DNA from: Cenarchaeum sp.
Lineage (GTDB): Archaea; Thermoproteota; Nitrososphaeria; Nitrososphaerales; Nitrosopumilaceae
DNA length: 64,000 nt
Direction of reading: 5' to 3'
Assembly (NCBI GenBank): GCA_965242695.1
Contig: CBDESU010000002.1
Coordinates: 64,001 to 128,000, forward strand
The notes under the pieces were generated by a model. The model ran no database searches and was not told the origin of the DNA. It saw only the letters and a program-made list of their open reading frames with translations. Each line of letters begins with the position of its first letter. The first letter of the stretch is position 1. Below are positions 19,064 to 29,060 of this stretch, in pieces. The translations under genes were made by a program, and so were the position numbers.

Positions 19064-20104
19064 CTAGGCGCGGCCTCTGCCGGCGGCGGCGGCATCGGCC
19101 GCCTCCAGCACGCCTGGCAGGAGCAGTATGGAGTCGAGGACGGCGTCGGCCCCGCCGGCGTCGAACATCTCTAGCCGCCCCCGCGGGCTCGACGTAGAGC
19201 CCGTGATGCCGCAGAACGCGACCTCTATGTCCTCGCCGGCGCTTTCAGCGGCCTGGCCGGCCCTGCGGGCCATGAGCAGGTCCTCGTACGAGTCGCCGGC
19301 GTACAGGCAGCGGCGCCCGCCCATGGCCCGTATCGAGCGGAGGAGCGCCTCTGGGTTGGGCTTTGCCATTTCGCGCGGCTCGTCCTCTAGGAACGCGGAC
19401 GCGCGCATGTCAAGGACGTCGAGCAGGGGGCCGAGCGTGTGCCGCGCCGGCGCGATGCCCCTCCCCGTCACGAGCGAGGCGCGGCCCGAGAACCTATCAC
19501 GCAGGGCCTCGAGCACGCCGCGCGTGGCAACGACGCGGTCTCGCTCGATGAGGCCCTCTTCGGAGAACGGCGAGGGCGCTCCGGCGAGCCTCTTGTACAG
19601 GGCGGGGCCGTAGAAGAGCTGGTCGAACATGTCGCGGACGGGGCAGGGCCGGCCGGGCTCGGGCGGGTACGGGCCGAGCGACAGGCGGGCGGCGCGGATG
19701 TCCTGCGCTGCGCGGGCCAGGTGGCGCTCGACGGACGCCACGCCGCGGTCGTCGGCGGCGGCTGCCGCATCGAGCACCGCACGTGCAGAGTCGGCCCCGG
19801 CCTGGCGCGCTACGACAACCGACAGGGCGATCGCGTACGCTACGTCGACCTCGTCGTTGAACCCGCCGGCCGCCTTGAAGTCGTCGATCATGGCAGGCGT
19901 GACGGCCGGCGGGTCGGCTATTCCGGCCAGCCGCCCTAGCGCGTGGCGGACGGTCGATGCGATGGCCGCATCGTACGACTCGGAGACGTCGACGAGCACG
20001 CCGTCGCAGTCGAGCGCGATGCAGTCGGCAGAGGCCAGGCGGGAGTAGGCGGCTGCGCCGCCGGCAAGGTATGCGCCCTCTCCGGCCGGGCGCAGGGCTC
20101 GCAG
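19064..20104 (-). CDS. HAD-family phosphatase in the his operon (probable histidinol-phosphatase); start uncertain
   Basis: DCIALDCDGVL DxD motif, AKPNP and YAGDSYEDL. The DxD motif lies upstream of the first in-frame canonical start (19999), so CTG 20104 is provisional. Confidence 0.8.
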   Translation of the reverse strand: MRALRPAGEGAYLAGGAAAYSRLASADCIALDCDGVLVDVSESYDAAIASTVRHALGRLAGIADPPAVTPAMIDDFKAAGGFNDEVDVAYAIALSVVVARQAGADSARAVLDAAAAADDRGVASVERHLARAAQDIRAARLSLGPYPPEPGRPCPVRDMFDQLFYGPALYKRLAGAPSPFSEEGLIERDRVVATRGVLEALRDRFSGRASLVTGRGIAPARHTLGPLLDVLDMRASAFLEDEPREMAKPNPEALLRSIRAMGGRRCLYAGDSYEDLLMARRAGQAAESAGEDIEVAFCGITGSTSSPRGRLEMFDAGGADAVLDSILLLPGVLEAADAAAAGRGRA

Positions 20105-20120
20105 CGGCCTCGTCGCACGT

Positions 20121-21377
20121 TCACCCCAGGAGGTCCCTCACGGCTAGCAGGAACCTAGAGTTCATCTCGCGCGTGCCGATCGTGACGCGCAGGCACCCCT
20201 CGCGGCGGCCTATCCGGCCCAGGCGCCTCACCGAGATGCCCTGCTCGGCGAGCGCGGCGTGCACGCGGCGGTGGGCCCCGCCGGCGTCGAACAGGACAAA
20301 GTTGGCGTCAGAGTCGAACACGTCAAACGCCCCGTGCGAGCGCAGCTCGCGCGCGACGCGCGTCCTCTCGCGGCGCACAAGGTCGGCGACCTCGCGCACC
20401 TGCCCCGAGCGGCGCAGCGCCTCTATGCCCGCCTCTACGGCCAGCGAGCTTACGGGGTATGGGTACCCCACGGCCCGGTTGTACGCCTCGGCGATGCGCC
20501 CGCCGGCGGCAAAGTAGCCGAGGCGCAGGCCGGCGAGCCCGAACGACTTTGAGAACGTGCGGACGACGGCCAGGTTGTCGATGCGCCTTGTCCACCGCAC
20601 CGCCGTGTAGCCGGCAAACTCGGCGTACGCCTCGTCGATTACGACGAGGCCGTCGAACGCGGATGCAACGTCCTCTAGGTCGGTGCGGCCGAGCTGGAAG
20701 CCGGTCGGGTTGTTGGGCATGTCGAGGTAGAGCATGCCGGGCGCGCCGCGCGGGCCGCCCTTGAAGGCGCGGCAGGCGGCCAGCAGGGCCCCCGCGTCGA
20801 GCGTCATGTCGTCAGAGTAGGGCACGGATGTGACCGGAACCGAGTAGAGGCGGCAGCGGTCCTCGAAGAAGGCAAACGTCGGCGAGGATGCAAGGACGCG
20901 CCCGCCCTGGCCTGCGACGAACGCGGCGAGCAGCTGGTCGAGTATCTGGTCTGACCCGCTGCCGATGCCGACCGACGAGGCCGGCACCCGCAGGTGCCGC
21001 GCGATGGCGCCGGCAAGCCTCTCCGCGCCGCCGAGGGGGTACTCGCGGACGTCGACGGCCTTGCGGGCGGCGCGCAGGAGATCGGCCTGGAACTGGCGCG
21101 GCATGGCCATGTTCTCGTTCGAGTCGAGCTTTAGGTAGCCGGCGGCCCGGGCGGGGGGAGCGGAGGCAGGCTGCGAGGATGGCGGGGATGCCCGGCCGGC
21201 CGCGGACGCCGCCTGCCGCGCGGCCGAGGGCGGGAGGTCGGGCTTTTCGTATCCCTGCATCGCCGCGTACCGGTCGGCAAGCCGCTCTAGGGCCGCGCGG
21301 CCCCGTCCTGCCGGCGCGGCCGGCTTGGCGGCCCGGCCCGCGGCGCGCCGCCGCGGCGCGGCCCTAGCGGGAGCCAC
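20121..21377 (-). CDS. hisC: Histidinol-phosphate aminotransferase
   Basis: KLDSNEN, GSDQIL, PNNPTG, IDEAYAEF and RTFSKSFGLAGLRLG. Confidence 0.95.
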   Translation of the reverse strand: MAPARAAPRRRAAGRAAKPAAPAGRGRAALERLADRYAAMQGYEKPDLPPSAARQAASAAGRASPPSSQPASAPPARAAGYLKLDSNENMAMPRQFQADLLRAARKAVDVREYPLGGAERLAGAIARHLRVPASSVGIGSGSDQILDQLLAAFVAGQGGRVLASSPTFAFFEDRCRLYSVPVTSVPYSDDMTLDAGALLAACRAFKGGPRGAPGMLYLDMPNNPTGFQLGRTDLEDVASAFDGLVVIDEAYAEFAGYTAVRWTRRIDNLAVVRTFSKSFGLAGLRLGYFAAGGRIAEAYNRAVGYPYPVSSLAVEAGIEALRRSGQVREVADLVRRERTRVARELRSHGAFDVFDSDANFVLFDAGGAHRRVHAALAEQGISVRRLGRIGRREGCLRVTIGTREMNSRFLLAVRDLLG

Positions 21378-22689
21378 CTGCAATCCTCTCCTCGACGGCC
21401 GCATGGTGCGCAGGCAGGCCCTCCGCCTCTGCAAGGGCCTTGATGTTCGCCGAGACGCCCTTTAGCTCGCGCCTTGTCGTGCGCAGCACGGTTACGAGCC
21501 GGACAAAGTCGAGCGCCGAGAGCGGGCCGCGCGCCCGGGCAAGGCCGCCGGTCGGCAGCACGTGGTTTGAGCCGAGCATGTAGTCGCTCGCCGACGACGG
21601 CGAGTGGTGCCCTGCAAGGACGAGGCCTGCCGGAAAGGGGTCGGCCAGGGCAGTGGCAGCCGACGCCCTGGCCGATGCGCCGCTGGCGTCCCCGACCATC
21701 AGCTCGAGGTGCTCGGGGGCAACGGCCCGGACAAGCGCCTCGGCATCCCCGAGGCTGCCGCACACGGCGATGAACCCGTGGGCGGACAGGGCAGACCGGA
21801 CAATCCGGCCGCGCGCCGCACCCCTGGCGGCGGCAAGTACCTCTGATGCGATCTCGCGCGCCTTGGCGCCCGAGTCGGTGGCCACAAAGCAGAACGCATC
21901 GCAGCTGTGCTCGGCCTGCGAGACGAGGTCGGCGGCGACGAGGCGCGCATCGGCCGACGAGTCGGCCAGTATGCCGAGCTCGGTCGGCCCCGCCACCATG
22001 TCGATTGCGACGTGCGCCGAGGCGATCGACTTTGCCAGGGTCACAAACCTCCCGCCCGGCCCCGTTATCTTGTCGACTCGCGGCACCGCGGCCGTGCCGT
22101 ACGCCAGGGCCGCTACGGCCTGCGCGCCGCCCATGCGATACACCTCGGTCGCCCCGCACATGTCGGCGGCGGCGAGCGTAAGGGCGTCGACCGACCCGTC
22201 GGGGGCCGGCGGCGTGGCCACGGCGATGCGCCGGACGCCAGCGGCCCGGGCCGGCACGACCTGCATGACGGCCGAGCTCGGGTACCGCGCAAGGCCGCCG
22301 GGCACGTAGCAGCCGACGCTGGCGATCGGCGCCATCCTCCTCTCGAGTACGGTCCCGACCGGCGTCCGGGTCGAGGCCCTGCCCGAGGCGAACTCGCGCA
22401 TGACGGCGCGCTCGGAGGCGAGCAGGCGGCGGCGCGCCTCGTCAATGGCCGCTAGCGCGTCCGGCGGCGCGTCGCGGCGCGCCCGCCTGATCTCGGCGCG
22501 CGAGACGCGCAGGGGCATGTCGTGCCGCGAAAAGCGCCGCTCGTGCTCGGCCACGGCCTCGTCGCCCCGCTCGCGCACGTCGCGCATGATGCGCTCGACC
22601 GCGCGCCGGTCGCGCTCGGGCGGCGGCGGGGGCCGAGCGGACGCGGCGAACTCGGCGATCGCGCCCTTGCGGACGCGGACGATGCGGAT
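21364..22689 (-). CDS. hisD: Histidinol dehydrogenase (start uncertain)
   Basis: GCYVPGG, GGAQAVAALAYG, AGPTE, SQAEH, APEHLE and DYMLGSNHVLPT. The frame is open upstream to IRIVRV at 22689. Confidence 0.95.
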   Translation of the reverse strand: MRIVRVRKGAIAEFAASARPPPPPERDRRAVERIMRDVRERGDEAVAEHERRFSRHDMPLRVSRAEIRRARRDAPPDALAAIDEARRRLLASERAVMREFASGRASTRTPVGTVLERRMAPIASVGCYVPGGLARYPSSAVMQVVPARAAGVRRIAVATPPAPDGSVDALTLAAADMCGATEVYRMGGAQAVAALAYGTAAVPRVDKITGPGGRFVTLAKSIASAHVAIDMVAGPTELGILADSSADARLVAADLVSQAEHSCDAFCFVATDSGAKAREIASEVLAAARGAARGRIVRSALSAHGFIAVCGSLGDAEALVRAVAPEHLELMVGDASGASARASAATALADPFPAGLVLAGHHSPSSASDYMLGSNHVLPTGGLARARGPLSALDFVRLVTVLRTTRRELKGVSANIKALAEAEGLPAHHAAVEERIAGGSR

Positions 22690-22717
22690 TGCGCCATCCG
22701 CGGCGGCGGCGGCGCGG

Positions 22718-23698
22718 CTACTTTTCCTCGTCTCGCTTTACCTCCTCGAGTTCGAGTATCTGGCGCGGCTCGTGGACGACGAGGCCCTGCGCGGTGCGGC
22801 GGAGCCGCGGGATGAGCTTGTGGTAGTCGGACTTTAGTATGACGGTGTTGACGCCGTACCACTCGCCGTCCTCGCCGGCGAGCCGGCTGACGGTCGGGCG
22901 CTTGAGCGACGGGATGTCGCGCAGCAGGCCCTTTAGGTTGGCCCCCTCGACGTTGAGGTACAGGTGGAGGTACTTTTGGCCCTGGACTGCGCCGCGCATG
23001 AGCGTCACGATGTCGAATATCTTTCCGCGCTTTGCGGGGTCCTTGAGCGACGCGCGGTTGGCGACGAGGTGCGCCGTCGATTCCGTCACGGTGTCGGCGA
23101 TCTTTAGCTTGTTCTGGCGGAGGGTCGTGCCCGTCTCGGTCACGTCGATGATGGCGTCGACGTCGTCGGGCGGCTTTGCCTCGGTCGCGCCGAACGACAG
23201 GTGTATCTGCACGGCCCGGTTAGAGCCCGTGCGGAGCCACGGCGTGACGATCAGCGGCTTTTTTGTTCCGTGCGCCCTCTTGTACGACGGCAGGCCGGCG
23301 ATGAACGCGGATGCCGTCGTCAGGTACTCGGACGAGACGCGCAGCGTCCTCTTCCTGCGGGCATAGTCGGCGACCATCGCGTCCATGTCGCGGTACCGGT
23401 AGCGGTCCGGAAACGCCACGACGAGCCTTATGCGGCCGTACTCTAGGTCCAGCAGCGGCTCGACGTCGGCCTTTGCCTCGGCGACCCAGTCCCTGCCGGT
23501 GATGCCGACGTCGTACAGCCCCTCGGCGACCAGGGTCGGTATCTCCTGCGGGCGCAGCATCTTGACGGCTATGCTCCGGTCGTCAAGGAAGACGCGGTAG
23601 GTGCGGCTCTTGCGGGTGACCCTCGTCCACGACCGCTCCAGCAGGCGGAACGTCGCGTCCTCTAGGCTGCCCTTTGGTATGGCAAACTTTACCTGCAC
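22718..23698 (-). CDS. hisG: ATP phosphoribosyltransferase (long form)
   Basis: KFAIPKGSL, RPQEIP, GITGRDW, GATEAKPP and DVTETGTTL. Confidence 0.96.
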   Translation of the reverse strand: MQVKFAIPKGSLEDATFRLLERSWTRVTRKSRTYRVFLDDRSIAVKMLRPQEIPTLVAEGLYDVGITGRDWVAEAKADVEPLLDLEYGRIRLVVAFPDRYRYRDMDAMVADYARRKRTLRVSSEYLTTASAFIAGLPSYKRAHGTKKPLIVTPWLRTGSNRAVQIHLSFGATEAKPPDDVDAIIDVTETGTTLRQNKLKIADTVTESTAHLVANRASLKDPAKRGKIFDIVTLMRGAVQGQKYLHLYLNVEGANLKGLLRDIPSLKRPTVSRLAGEDGEWYGVNTVILKSDYHKLIPRLRRTAQGLVVHEPRQILELEEVKRDEEK

Positions 23699-23798
23699 GC
23701 CGGCCGTGCCGCGAGGGCCCATATAACAGGGCCCTGCGGGGCGGCGGAGAGGATGGAGGGGCGCCCGTATCCACCCGCCCGCCCCCCTGCCGCGCGCG

Positions 23799-26507
23799 TC
23801 ACCTTGCCATGCACGCCTGCAGTATCTTGGCGGCCCCCTTCTTGTCCAGGTGCCGGTTGAAGTGCGAGCAGCCCTCCCACTGCGTGCAGCGCGGGCACCC
23901 CTCGACGTACTTGCACGGGCACTGCTTGACCAGCCCGGCGGCGCGCTTGATGATCGCCTTTTGCCGCTCGAAGACGGCCTTTGAGAACCCGTTGCCGCCG
24001 TTCATCGAGTTGTCGTAGAGCATGACGATCCCCTGCTCGGCGTCGATCATCCCCGCAATGTCGCCGGGGCTCGCCCCCGTGATCATCGTCGCCGCGTGGG
24101 CGAGCAGGTGCTTTGCCCCGTGCACGGCCCCGTCGAGCTCGGTGAGCGAGTCGGCAATCGACATCTCGGCGGCAAGCGGCTCGCGCTTGCCGCGCAGGGA
24201 GCGGTCGGCCGGCGCGGCCGGCTTTGGGGGCTCGTCGTCCTCGCCGCCGCTACCGCCGCTCCCGCTCCCGCCCCCCTTCTCCTCGGGCCTCGGCTCGGCG
24301 ATGCGGAACGCGGCGCCCGTCGTCGCGTAGTCGAACTTTAGGTTTGTGCGCGACTCGTGCAGGACGGCCTTGTCCATGGCCGCAAAGCGGCTCTTTTCGT
24401 AGTAGCCTGATATGGTGTGGTACACGCGGACGCGGCCGTATCCGGAGGGGGCGCTGCCGCGGCTCGCCCGCGACTCGATCATCCGCTCCATGCGCGCGCT
24501 CTTGTATACCACGGGCGTGGTCACGTTCCTTACGTTCACGCGGCGCAGGATCGCCGCCGGGTGGTCGCCCCTGTTCAGGGAGATGGAGCGGTACGTGCGG
24601 CGGTCGTGGAAGTAGAGCGCGCCCGGGTGCAGCCAGTAGTAGGCAAGCGGTATCTCGACCTGGCCTATGCGCGTGCGGCGCCCGCCGCCGGTCGCGTCGA
24701 GCAGCGTGACGGACGAGCCGATGTCGCGTATGCTGTACGACTGTACGGCCTCCCAGCCCTGCTCGGTGCACCTGTACGTGCCGTCCTTGCCGGCCTCGAG
24801 CAGGCCGTCCCGCGCGAGCGCCTTTGCCGTGCCCTTGTGGCCGGAGGGCATCTCGCCGGCGGCGATCGGCCGGTCGAGCGCCATCAGGACGAGCTGCTTT
24901 TCGTCTACGGTCGGGTTTTCCATGCCGGGGCCGTGGCTCTTGGCGTCGGCAAGGTACTGCTCGGGGTGGTACGCGTAGTAGCCCGGGATGGCGCTGTTCT
25001 CGTCGAGGACCATGACGGCGTTCGACGCCTGCCCCTTGCGGCCGGCCCTGCCGATGCGCTGCAGCAGGCGCGGGTGCGGCGCGTACGACGAGACGACGGC
25101 GTCCAGCTTGCCGAGGTTGATGCCGACCTCCAGGGTCGGCGTGCATGCGACCGCCTGTATCGAGCCGGAGCGGAGGCCCGACTCGATGATGGCGCGCCGC
25201 TCCTCGGTTATCCCCGAGCGGTGGACGTGTATCTGCAGCTTCGAGTCGCTGCCGTCGATGCCGATCACCTCGGCCTCCTTGCGCGACCTTGCAAACGCGA
25301 GCGTCTGGCGCGAGTCGAGGGCGAACATGCGTGTGAGGTCGGTCATGAGCTTGCGCTCGGACTCGGTCCGCACGAGCTGGAGCGTCATCGGGCCGCGGTT
25401 GCCCGACCCCGCCACCTCTTCGACGTCGGCCGAGAAGAGCCTCGAGCAGAAGCCGACGGGGTCGTCCATGGTAGCCGACGATGCGACGAGCTGCACGCCG
25501 GGGTTGAGGCGGGCGAGGCGCCGTATGATCCAGGACACGTTGGCCCCGAAGAAGCCGGTGTACTGGTGCGCCTCGTCGACGACGATGAAGCGCAGCGAGT
25601 CGATTATGCGGCAGAACTGCTCCGAGGCCGCCGACCTCTCGGAGCGCGCAAGGTGGTACGAGACAAAGTCAAAGTTGGTCGCGAGTATGTCCGGCGGGTC
25701 GGCCAGCAGGGCCTTGCGGTATCCGGGGTCCTTCTTGCTGCCGTCGAGCTGCTTTGCCGAGACGCCGCATGCGTCGGCGATGCCGCCGATGTTGGCGATC
25801 TGGTCGGACGCGAGCGCCTTTGTCGGGTACAGGAACAGCGCCGAGACGCCCTTCTTGCGGCGGCTGCCGCGCCTCAGTATCTCGTCCATGACGGGGACAA
25901 GGAACGCCATTGTCTTGCCCGATGCTGTCGAGGCCGTGACGACGACGTTGCGGCCGGAGCGTATCCTTTTGATGGCGTCGGCCTGGAACTCGTAGAGGCG
26001 GTCGATCGTACCGCCCACGGCTGCGCGCAGGCGGCGGCTCTTGACGAGCTTTTCGAGCGGCTCTTCGGCGTAGCGGGGCGTCTCGGCGGGGTACGTGTGC
26101 TCGTAGACGATCGCGCTGTCCTTGCGGCCGCGCACATGGGCCGCGTACTCGGAGGCGTTGCGGGGCGAGAGGTCGGGGAGGGCCGGCTCGTCGGGGCTGT
26201 CGGAGGGCGGGGCGGGTGCCGGGGCGTCCGCGCCGGGGGCGGCGCTCGGGTCGGGGTTGGAGGGGACAGCAAGATCGGGCGCTGTCGGGGCTGGGGCGGA
26301 CGCGGGGCCGCGGCGGCGGGCTGGGCGACGCTTTGCGGCAGGCTTTTGCACGCGGCGGACAGGGGGCGCCCACTGGCGGGCCGTGGGCGATGTGGTCACC
26401 TTGTACTTGCAGAGGCTGCATACCTGCGTCTCGATGCCGTTGACGAGCTGCTCGTAGAGGCGGCCGCGGCACTTTGGGCACACCTTGGGCTGCGCAGAGT
26501 ACGACAT
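23799..26507 (-). CDS. DEAD/DEAH helicase with C-terminal DUF1998 (Hrq1/MrfA/SftH-like)
   Basis: TASGKT, LYPTKALASDQ, VVDEAH, TPTLEVGIN, QRIGRAGR and C-terminal CPC...GCPRC, plus an N-terminal Zn ribbon. Confidence 0.9.
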   Translation of the reverse strand: MSYSAQPKVCPKCRGRLYEQLVNGIETQVCSLCKYKVTTSPTARQWAPPVRRVQKPAAKRRPARRRGPASAPAPTAPDLAVPSNPDPSAAPGADAPAPAPPSDSPDEPALPDLSPRNASEYAAHVRGRKDSAIVYEHTYPAETPRYAEEPLEKLVKSRRLRAAVGGTIDRLYEFQADAIKRIRSGRNVVVTASTASGKTMAFLVPVMDEILRRGSRRKKGVSALFLYPTKALASDQIANIGGIADACGVSAKQLDGSKKDPGYRKALLADPPDILATNFDFVSYHLARSERSAASEQFCRIIDSLRFIVVDEAHQYTGFFGANVSWIIRRLARLNPGVQLVASSATMDDPVGFCSRLFSADVEEVAGSGNRGPMTLQLVRTESERKLMTDLTRMFALDSRQTLAFARSRKEAEVIGIDGSDSKLQIHVHRSGITEERRAIIESGLRSGSIQAVACTPTLEVGINLGKLDAVVSSYAPHPRLLQRIGRAGRKGQASNAVMVLDENSAIPGYYAYHPEQYLADAKSHGPGMENPTVDEKQLVLMALDRPIAAGEMPSGHKGTAKALARDGLLEAGKDGTYRCTEQGWEAVQSYSIRDIGSSVTLLDATGGGRRTRIGQVEIPLAYYWLHPGALYFHDRRTYRSISLNRGDHPAAILRRVNVRNVTTPVVYKSARMERMIESRASRGSAPSGYGRVRVYHTISGYYEKSRFAAMDKAVLHESRTNLKFDYATTGAAFRIAEPRPEEKGGGSGSGGSGGEDDEPPKPAAPADRSLRGKREPLAAEMSIADSLTELDGAVHGAKHLLAHAATMITGASPGDIAGMIDAEQGIVMLYDNSMNGGNGFSKAVFERQKAIIKRAAGLVKQCPCKYVEGCPRCTQWEGCSHFNRHLDKKGAAKILQACMAR

Positions 26508-26705
26508 TGACGGCGGCGCGCCGCAGACGGCTTGTATTACTCTTGCGGGGGCGGCGCACGGAAGGAGTCGTCTTGCTGCAACCAGATGCGCGGCTGCTTT
26601 CGGGCTCTACATGGAACGACATGCCAATAGGCATTGCGGCGGCTAGTGCGGCAAGATTGACGATCTAGTGAAAAAAAGGGCGGGTTTGCCCCAAGCGGAG
26701 TAAGC

Positions 26706-27326
26706 CTAGCGTGACTTGACATCGAGTGTGCCCCGCGTCGGGTGGCCAGACACGTGGCGAAACCGCGGATTGGACGGATCGGGGCAGGCCCGACGAGGCA
26801 GGCGCCTGCGGCGTTTGCCCTTCGGCGCCACCGGGCATCCAGTGGGGGCGCTAGGCATCGGGTGGTAGTCTGCGCGGTACTCGTAGAGTCCATAGGGCAA
26901 GCCGTGCGTCTCATCAGGATTGATGCACGGTACACCTTCAGCCCGGGCGACCTTGACCAGAGGACCGTCGCGTGTCCAAAGGGTATACTTCGTATGCTTG
27001 GCGTATGCGAGAACAAAGTTGTCGGGATCGTGAAGAAGATCGTGGAGACACTCCATCTCAACGGCATCGGCGCGCATCTCAGGAGTCAGGTCATCACGAA
27101 CCGTCCTGGCGACGCCTAGCTGTTTAAGCATGGTACGAATGCCTTCAAAATCCACACGCCTTTTCTTGTACATCTCGTGGATGACCGGTTCACAGACATG
27201 GGCCACGACACCCTTGAGGATGCCCTGATCCTGCACCATCTTGAAGTAGACCGGCTTGTCGCGCATCTCTATGAGAGGGCATGTGTCAACCGTGACGTGC
27301 CTAGGTTTGGGTATTCTTTCCAACAT
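26706..27326 (-). CDS. PIN-domain (VapC-like) protein
   Basis: VTVDTCPLI, VIHE, HDPDNFVLAYA and LWTRDGPL acidic PIN pattern. Confidence 0.75.
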   Translation of the reverse strand: MLERIPKPRHVTVDTCPLIEMRDKPVYFKMVQDQGILKGVVAHVCEPVIHEMYKKRRVDFEGIRTMLKQLGVARTVRDDLTPEMRADAVEMECLHDLLHDPDNFVLAYAKHTKYTLWTRDGPLVKVARAEGVPCINPDETHGLPYGLYEYRADYHPMPSAPTGCPVAPKGKRRRRLPRRACPDPSNPRFRHVSGHPTRGTLDVKSR

Positions 27327-27339
27327 TGCCCGGAGCGCC

Positions 27340-27540
27340 CAATCTACCTAATATAAGGATACTTATTTTCAATGTAAGTTTGGAAGTGCAACTAAACAAC
27401 AGTGTAAAGATTTTAGATAAAATTACATCAATGTATGGATAAAATTTTAAAAAGAGATTATTACACGTATAAATCACAAAAAAAGGGCCAAAAATGTGAA
27501 AATTTGCCAGATCATGCATACGTAATGGCTATAAGGGCCT
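27340..27540. promoter_or_regulatory. Strongly AT-rich divergent promoter region
   Basis: About 200 bp of A/T-dominated sequence in a GC-rich background, with TAATATAA and CTATAAG near both flanking starts. Confidence 0.7.
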
Positions 27541-27556
27541 ATGATCCGGCCCGGCC

Positions 27557-28786
27557 ATGGCCAATGTAGGCGGATATGACCCCATGGCGGCCGACGCCAA
27601 GAGGATACGAGAGCTGGTCGTGGGGGGACGGTACTCCAGCACCGGCGCCTTCATCGACAGGGCCGTGAGCATACTGCTTGCATGGGAGAGTGAGCAGCCG
27701 CAGGACACGATCAGGATCATGCAGTCAATGATGCCGTTCACGCCGGAGCAGGAAGAATTTCTCAAGGAAAAAATGAAGGATGACGAGCGCATGAAGGACT
27801 TTGGGGAGACGGGCGGGGAGGAGTCTGCCCGGCACGCGGTCCTAGGCATTTCGGACCTGGACCACAGGCGTGTGAGGCAGAACATGGAGAAGGCGGCCGA
27901 GTTCATGAGGGGGCTGGCGACTCCCGAGCCGGCCGAGTCGTACGGGTACGACGGATACCCCCTGCTGTTCAAGATGTACAGCAGGTTTCTGCCGGTCCGG
28001 ATCACAATGGCTGTCCTTGCCAACATGCTGTACGAGAGGGGCGAAGATCGCGTGCCGCTCGACGATCTGCGAGGAGCTGCGTACGACATAGCGGAGGAGA
28101 TAGGCGGGCGCCTCGTCGAAGGTGAGAGAAAGAGTGGCATCGGACGCAACAAGAGGGTCTCGACAGGTCTGCCGACCAAGGCGGCCGACGACAGCCAAGC
28201 GGGGGTTGAAAAAAAGGCGCATGTTCAGAAGAGGTTCAAGGACCAGTACGTGGGCAGGGTGCGCAGGGACAGAGCGGCGGGAACGGGGCATGCGGACGGG
28301 GCTCCGGCCGCGCTGGGACTGGTGACTATGTTCGAAGAGAACGGCAGGGTTGCAGTGGCGCTCACCGACGCAGGCAGAAGGTTTTGCATGCTGGACAACC
28401 CGGTGGTAAGCGGCGAGTACGGTGGCGGCAGGGCACTGGGGGACGAAGAGGCCGCGTTCATACTAGGCGAGCTGCTTCCGCGCCTGCCCTTGGAGCATGC
28501 GCTTGCAGGCGCGGCCGTCGGGGCGGCTGAAAGGGCAGGCCCCGAGGGAATCACCACGCCGGAGCTGGACAGGATATTTCTAAAGGAAGCCAGGGCGTTT
28601 GCCAAAAAGAATCCAGAGGCAGGCGGCAGGCTGGGACTCGAGGGGTTGGACAAGGAGGCGACGAGTGCGCGCATAGTAGGCTGGAGGGTGGCGACCATGG
28701 GCAGGCTGGCCGAGCTCGGCGCAGTGGAGTGGAGCGTCAAGAAGGACGGCTCGTCCGTGTTCCACCCCGGCAAGGGCGGTAGCTAG
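27557..28786 (+). CDS. Hypothetical protein with N-terminal ribbon-helix-helix-like segment
   Basis: 409 aa ORF with natural composition. IRELVVGGRYSSTGAFIDRAV resembles CopG/ParD RHH helices. Confidence 0.7.
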   Translation: MANVGGYDPMAADAKRIRELVVGGRYSSTGAFIDRAVSILLAWESEQPQDTIRIMQSMMPFTPEQEEFLKEKMKDDERMKDFGETGGEESARHAVLGISDLDHRRVRQNMEKAAEFMRGLATPEPAESYGYDGYPLLFKMYSRFLPVRITMAVLANMLYERGEDRVPLDDLRGAAYDIAEEIGGRLVEGERKSGIGRNKRVSTGLPTKAADDSQAGVEKKAHVQKRFKDQYVGRVRRDRAAGTGHADGAPAALGLVTMFEENGRVAVALTDAGRRFCMLDNPVVSGEYGGGRALGDEEAAFILGELLPRLPLEHALAGAAVGAAERAGPEGITTPELDRIFLKEARAFAKKNPEAGGRLGLEGLDKEATSARIVGWRVATMGRLAELGAVEWSVKKDGSSVFHPGKGGS

Positions 28787-29060
28787 CAGTCTGGCGGCAG
28801 CCGGCTTGGCTTATACCTTGTAGCCATAGTCGTGTATGCCTTAGTGCGGTCGCTAGCGGGCAGTCTGGCGGCAGGCGCATCGGGCTTGCCTGTGCGGCGA
28901 CCATGTCTGGTGCCGCAGTGGCAGGCCGACAGGGTGCAAGAGAGAAGGGGGGCAGGTCGGAGATCTGGGTCTCGATGGGCCCGATGGGCAACGGTCGGCG
29001 GCCGCGGGCCCGCGGCAGCCTCAAAAATCATTTAACGGCCCGCCGGCGCGCGGGCACATC

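Noticed and set aside
23799-26507. Second DUF1998 helicase as part of DISARM or Druantia
   Set aside because: The fused helicase-DUF1998 architecture matches the widespread Hrq1/MrfA repair helicases, and it is far from drmAB.
27340-27540. Possible replication origin (AT-rich)
   Set aside because: There is no adjacent cdc6/orc1 and no convincing ORB repeats. A divergent promoter explains it better.
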